Under the pieces are notes generated by a model. The model was not told the origin of the DNA, made no database searches, and saw only the letters and a list, made by a program, of their open reading frames with translations. DNA of 63,587 nt, filler included, from Octopus bimaculoides (lineage: Eukaryota): the NCBI RefSeq assembly GCF_001194135.2. It is 6 parts of 4 records of this genome, joined end to end, with 100 filler letters (N's around TTAATTAATTAA, not from the genome) between each part and the next. Parts side by side here need not be neighbours in the genome. Positions count along the whole stretch, not along the records: positions 61,704 to 63,587 come from NC_068983.1; 5 more parts are not named here. One strand, given 5' to 3'. The position numbers and the translations under genes were made by a program. Shown here in pieces: positions 63,134-63,587 of this stretch; position 1 is the stretch's first letter, and each line of letters opens with the position of its first letter.

Positions 63134-63296
63134 TGGCGCAGGAGTGGCTGTGTGGTAAGTAGCTTGCTTCCCAACCACGTGGTTGCGGTTTCAGTCCCAT
63201 TACGTGGTACCTTGGGAAAGTGTCTTCTCTATAGCCTCGGGCCGACCAAAGCCTTGTGAGTGGATTTGGTAGACGGAAACTGAAAGAAGCCTGTCG
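63134..63296 (+). mobile_element. SINE family B head, CpG-intact
   Basis: GGCGCAGGAGTGGCTGTGTGGTAAGTAGC..GAAAGAAGCCTGTCG. Confidence 0.9.
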
Positions 63297-63302
63297 TCAC
63301 AA

Positions 63303-63587
63303 CATATAGGTACACTGCGGCATAATTTCTTTTCCTCAACAGGCCCTGCCCTGTTTAACATTGTCCCGAAACAGATAAAAGAGGAAAAGGATCTTATCAG
63401 CTTTAAACGGAGTCTGGACAGCTTTCTTCAAAGAATACCAGACAAGCCACCCATACCTGGATACAGCTCACTCAGTAAAAACTCACTACTTGAATGGACC
63501 ATAGACATAACTTGACTGTAAAAAGGATTTAGATAATCCTATCAGGTGCTGCTATTAAGTTAGACATGGCCTGGACCAATCTTTGGT
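63303..63587 (+). mobile_element. CR1/L2-group LINE 3' end (ORF2 C-terminus 63303-63515 plus 3' UTR)
   Basis: Open frame GPALFNIVPKQIKEEKDLISFKRSLDSFLQRIPDKPPIPGYSSLSKNSLLEW..*. Confidence 0.8.

Noticed and set aside
29-63587. Numerous long ORFs of YI/CV/HT/poly-M/poly-X type
   Set aside because: Translations of microsatellites and N-gaps.

Overview
Eukaryotic, AT-rich, gap-ridden genomic DNA with no recognisable intact host gene, rRNA, functional tRNA or CRISPR array. The microsatellite load and the SINE/LINE families point to an octopus (cephalopod) assembly; this is inference. Most ORF-track entries are translated microsatellites or N-gaps. The window is built from (1) many copies of tRNA-derived SINE families, (2) LINE remnants (RTE RT, Tx1/L1 endonuclease, CR1-group tail, R4/Dong C-terminus), (3) DNA transposon remnants (a full-length decayed Tc1, mariner, two hAT types, MITEs), (4) at least six long inverted-repeat/foldback elements, and (5) five artificial 44N-TTAATTAATTAA-44N scaffold joins. 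The most notable signal is two different non-autonomous repeat families that each carry a minimal type I hammerhead-ribozyme-like motif with the same architecture (CUGxNG(x)A-A, stem II, GAAAC-GUH, ACGU palindrome). One sits in a tRNA-headed SINE whose (AAT)n tract has been invaded by a Dong/R4 retrotransposon. The other is a ~190-bp element found in (TA)n tracts and has U instead of A at core position 6 in all three complete copies. A CpG-decay domain at about 29.3-44.3 kb suggests a historically methylated region such as a gene body. All motifs were read by eye; no searches or folding programs were run.
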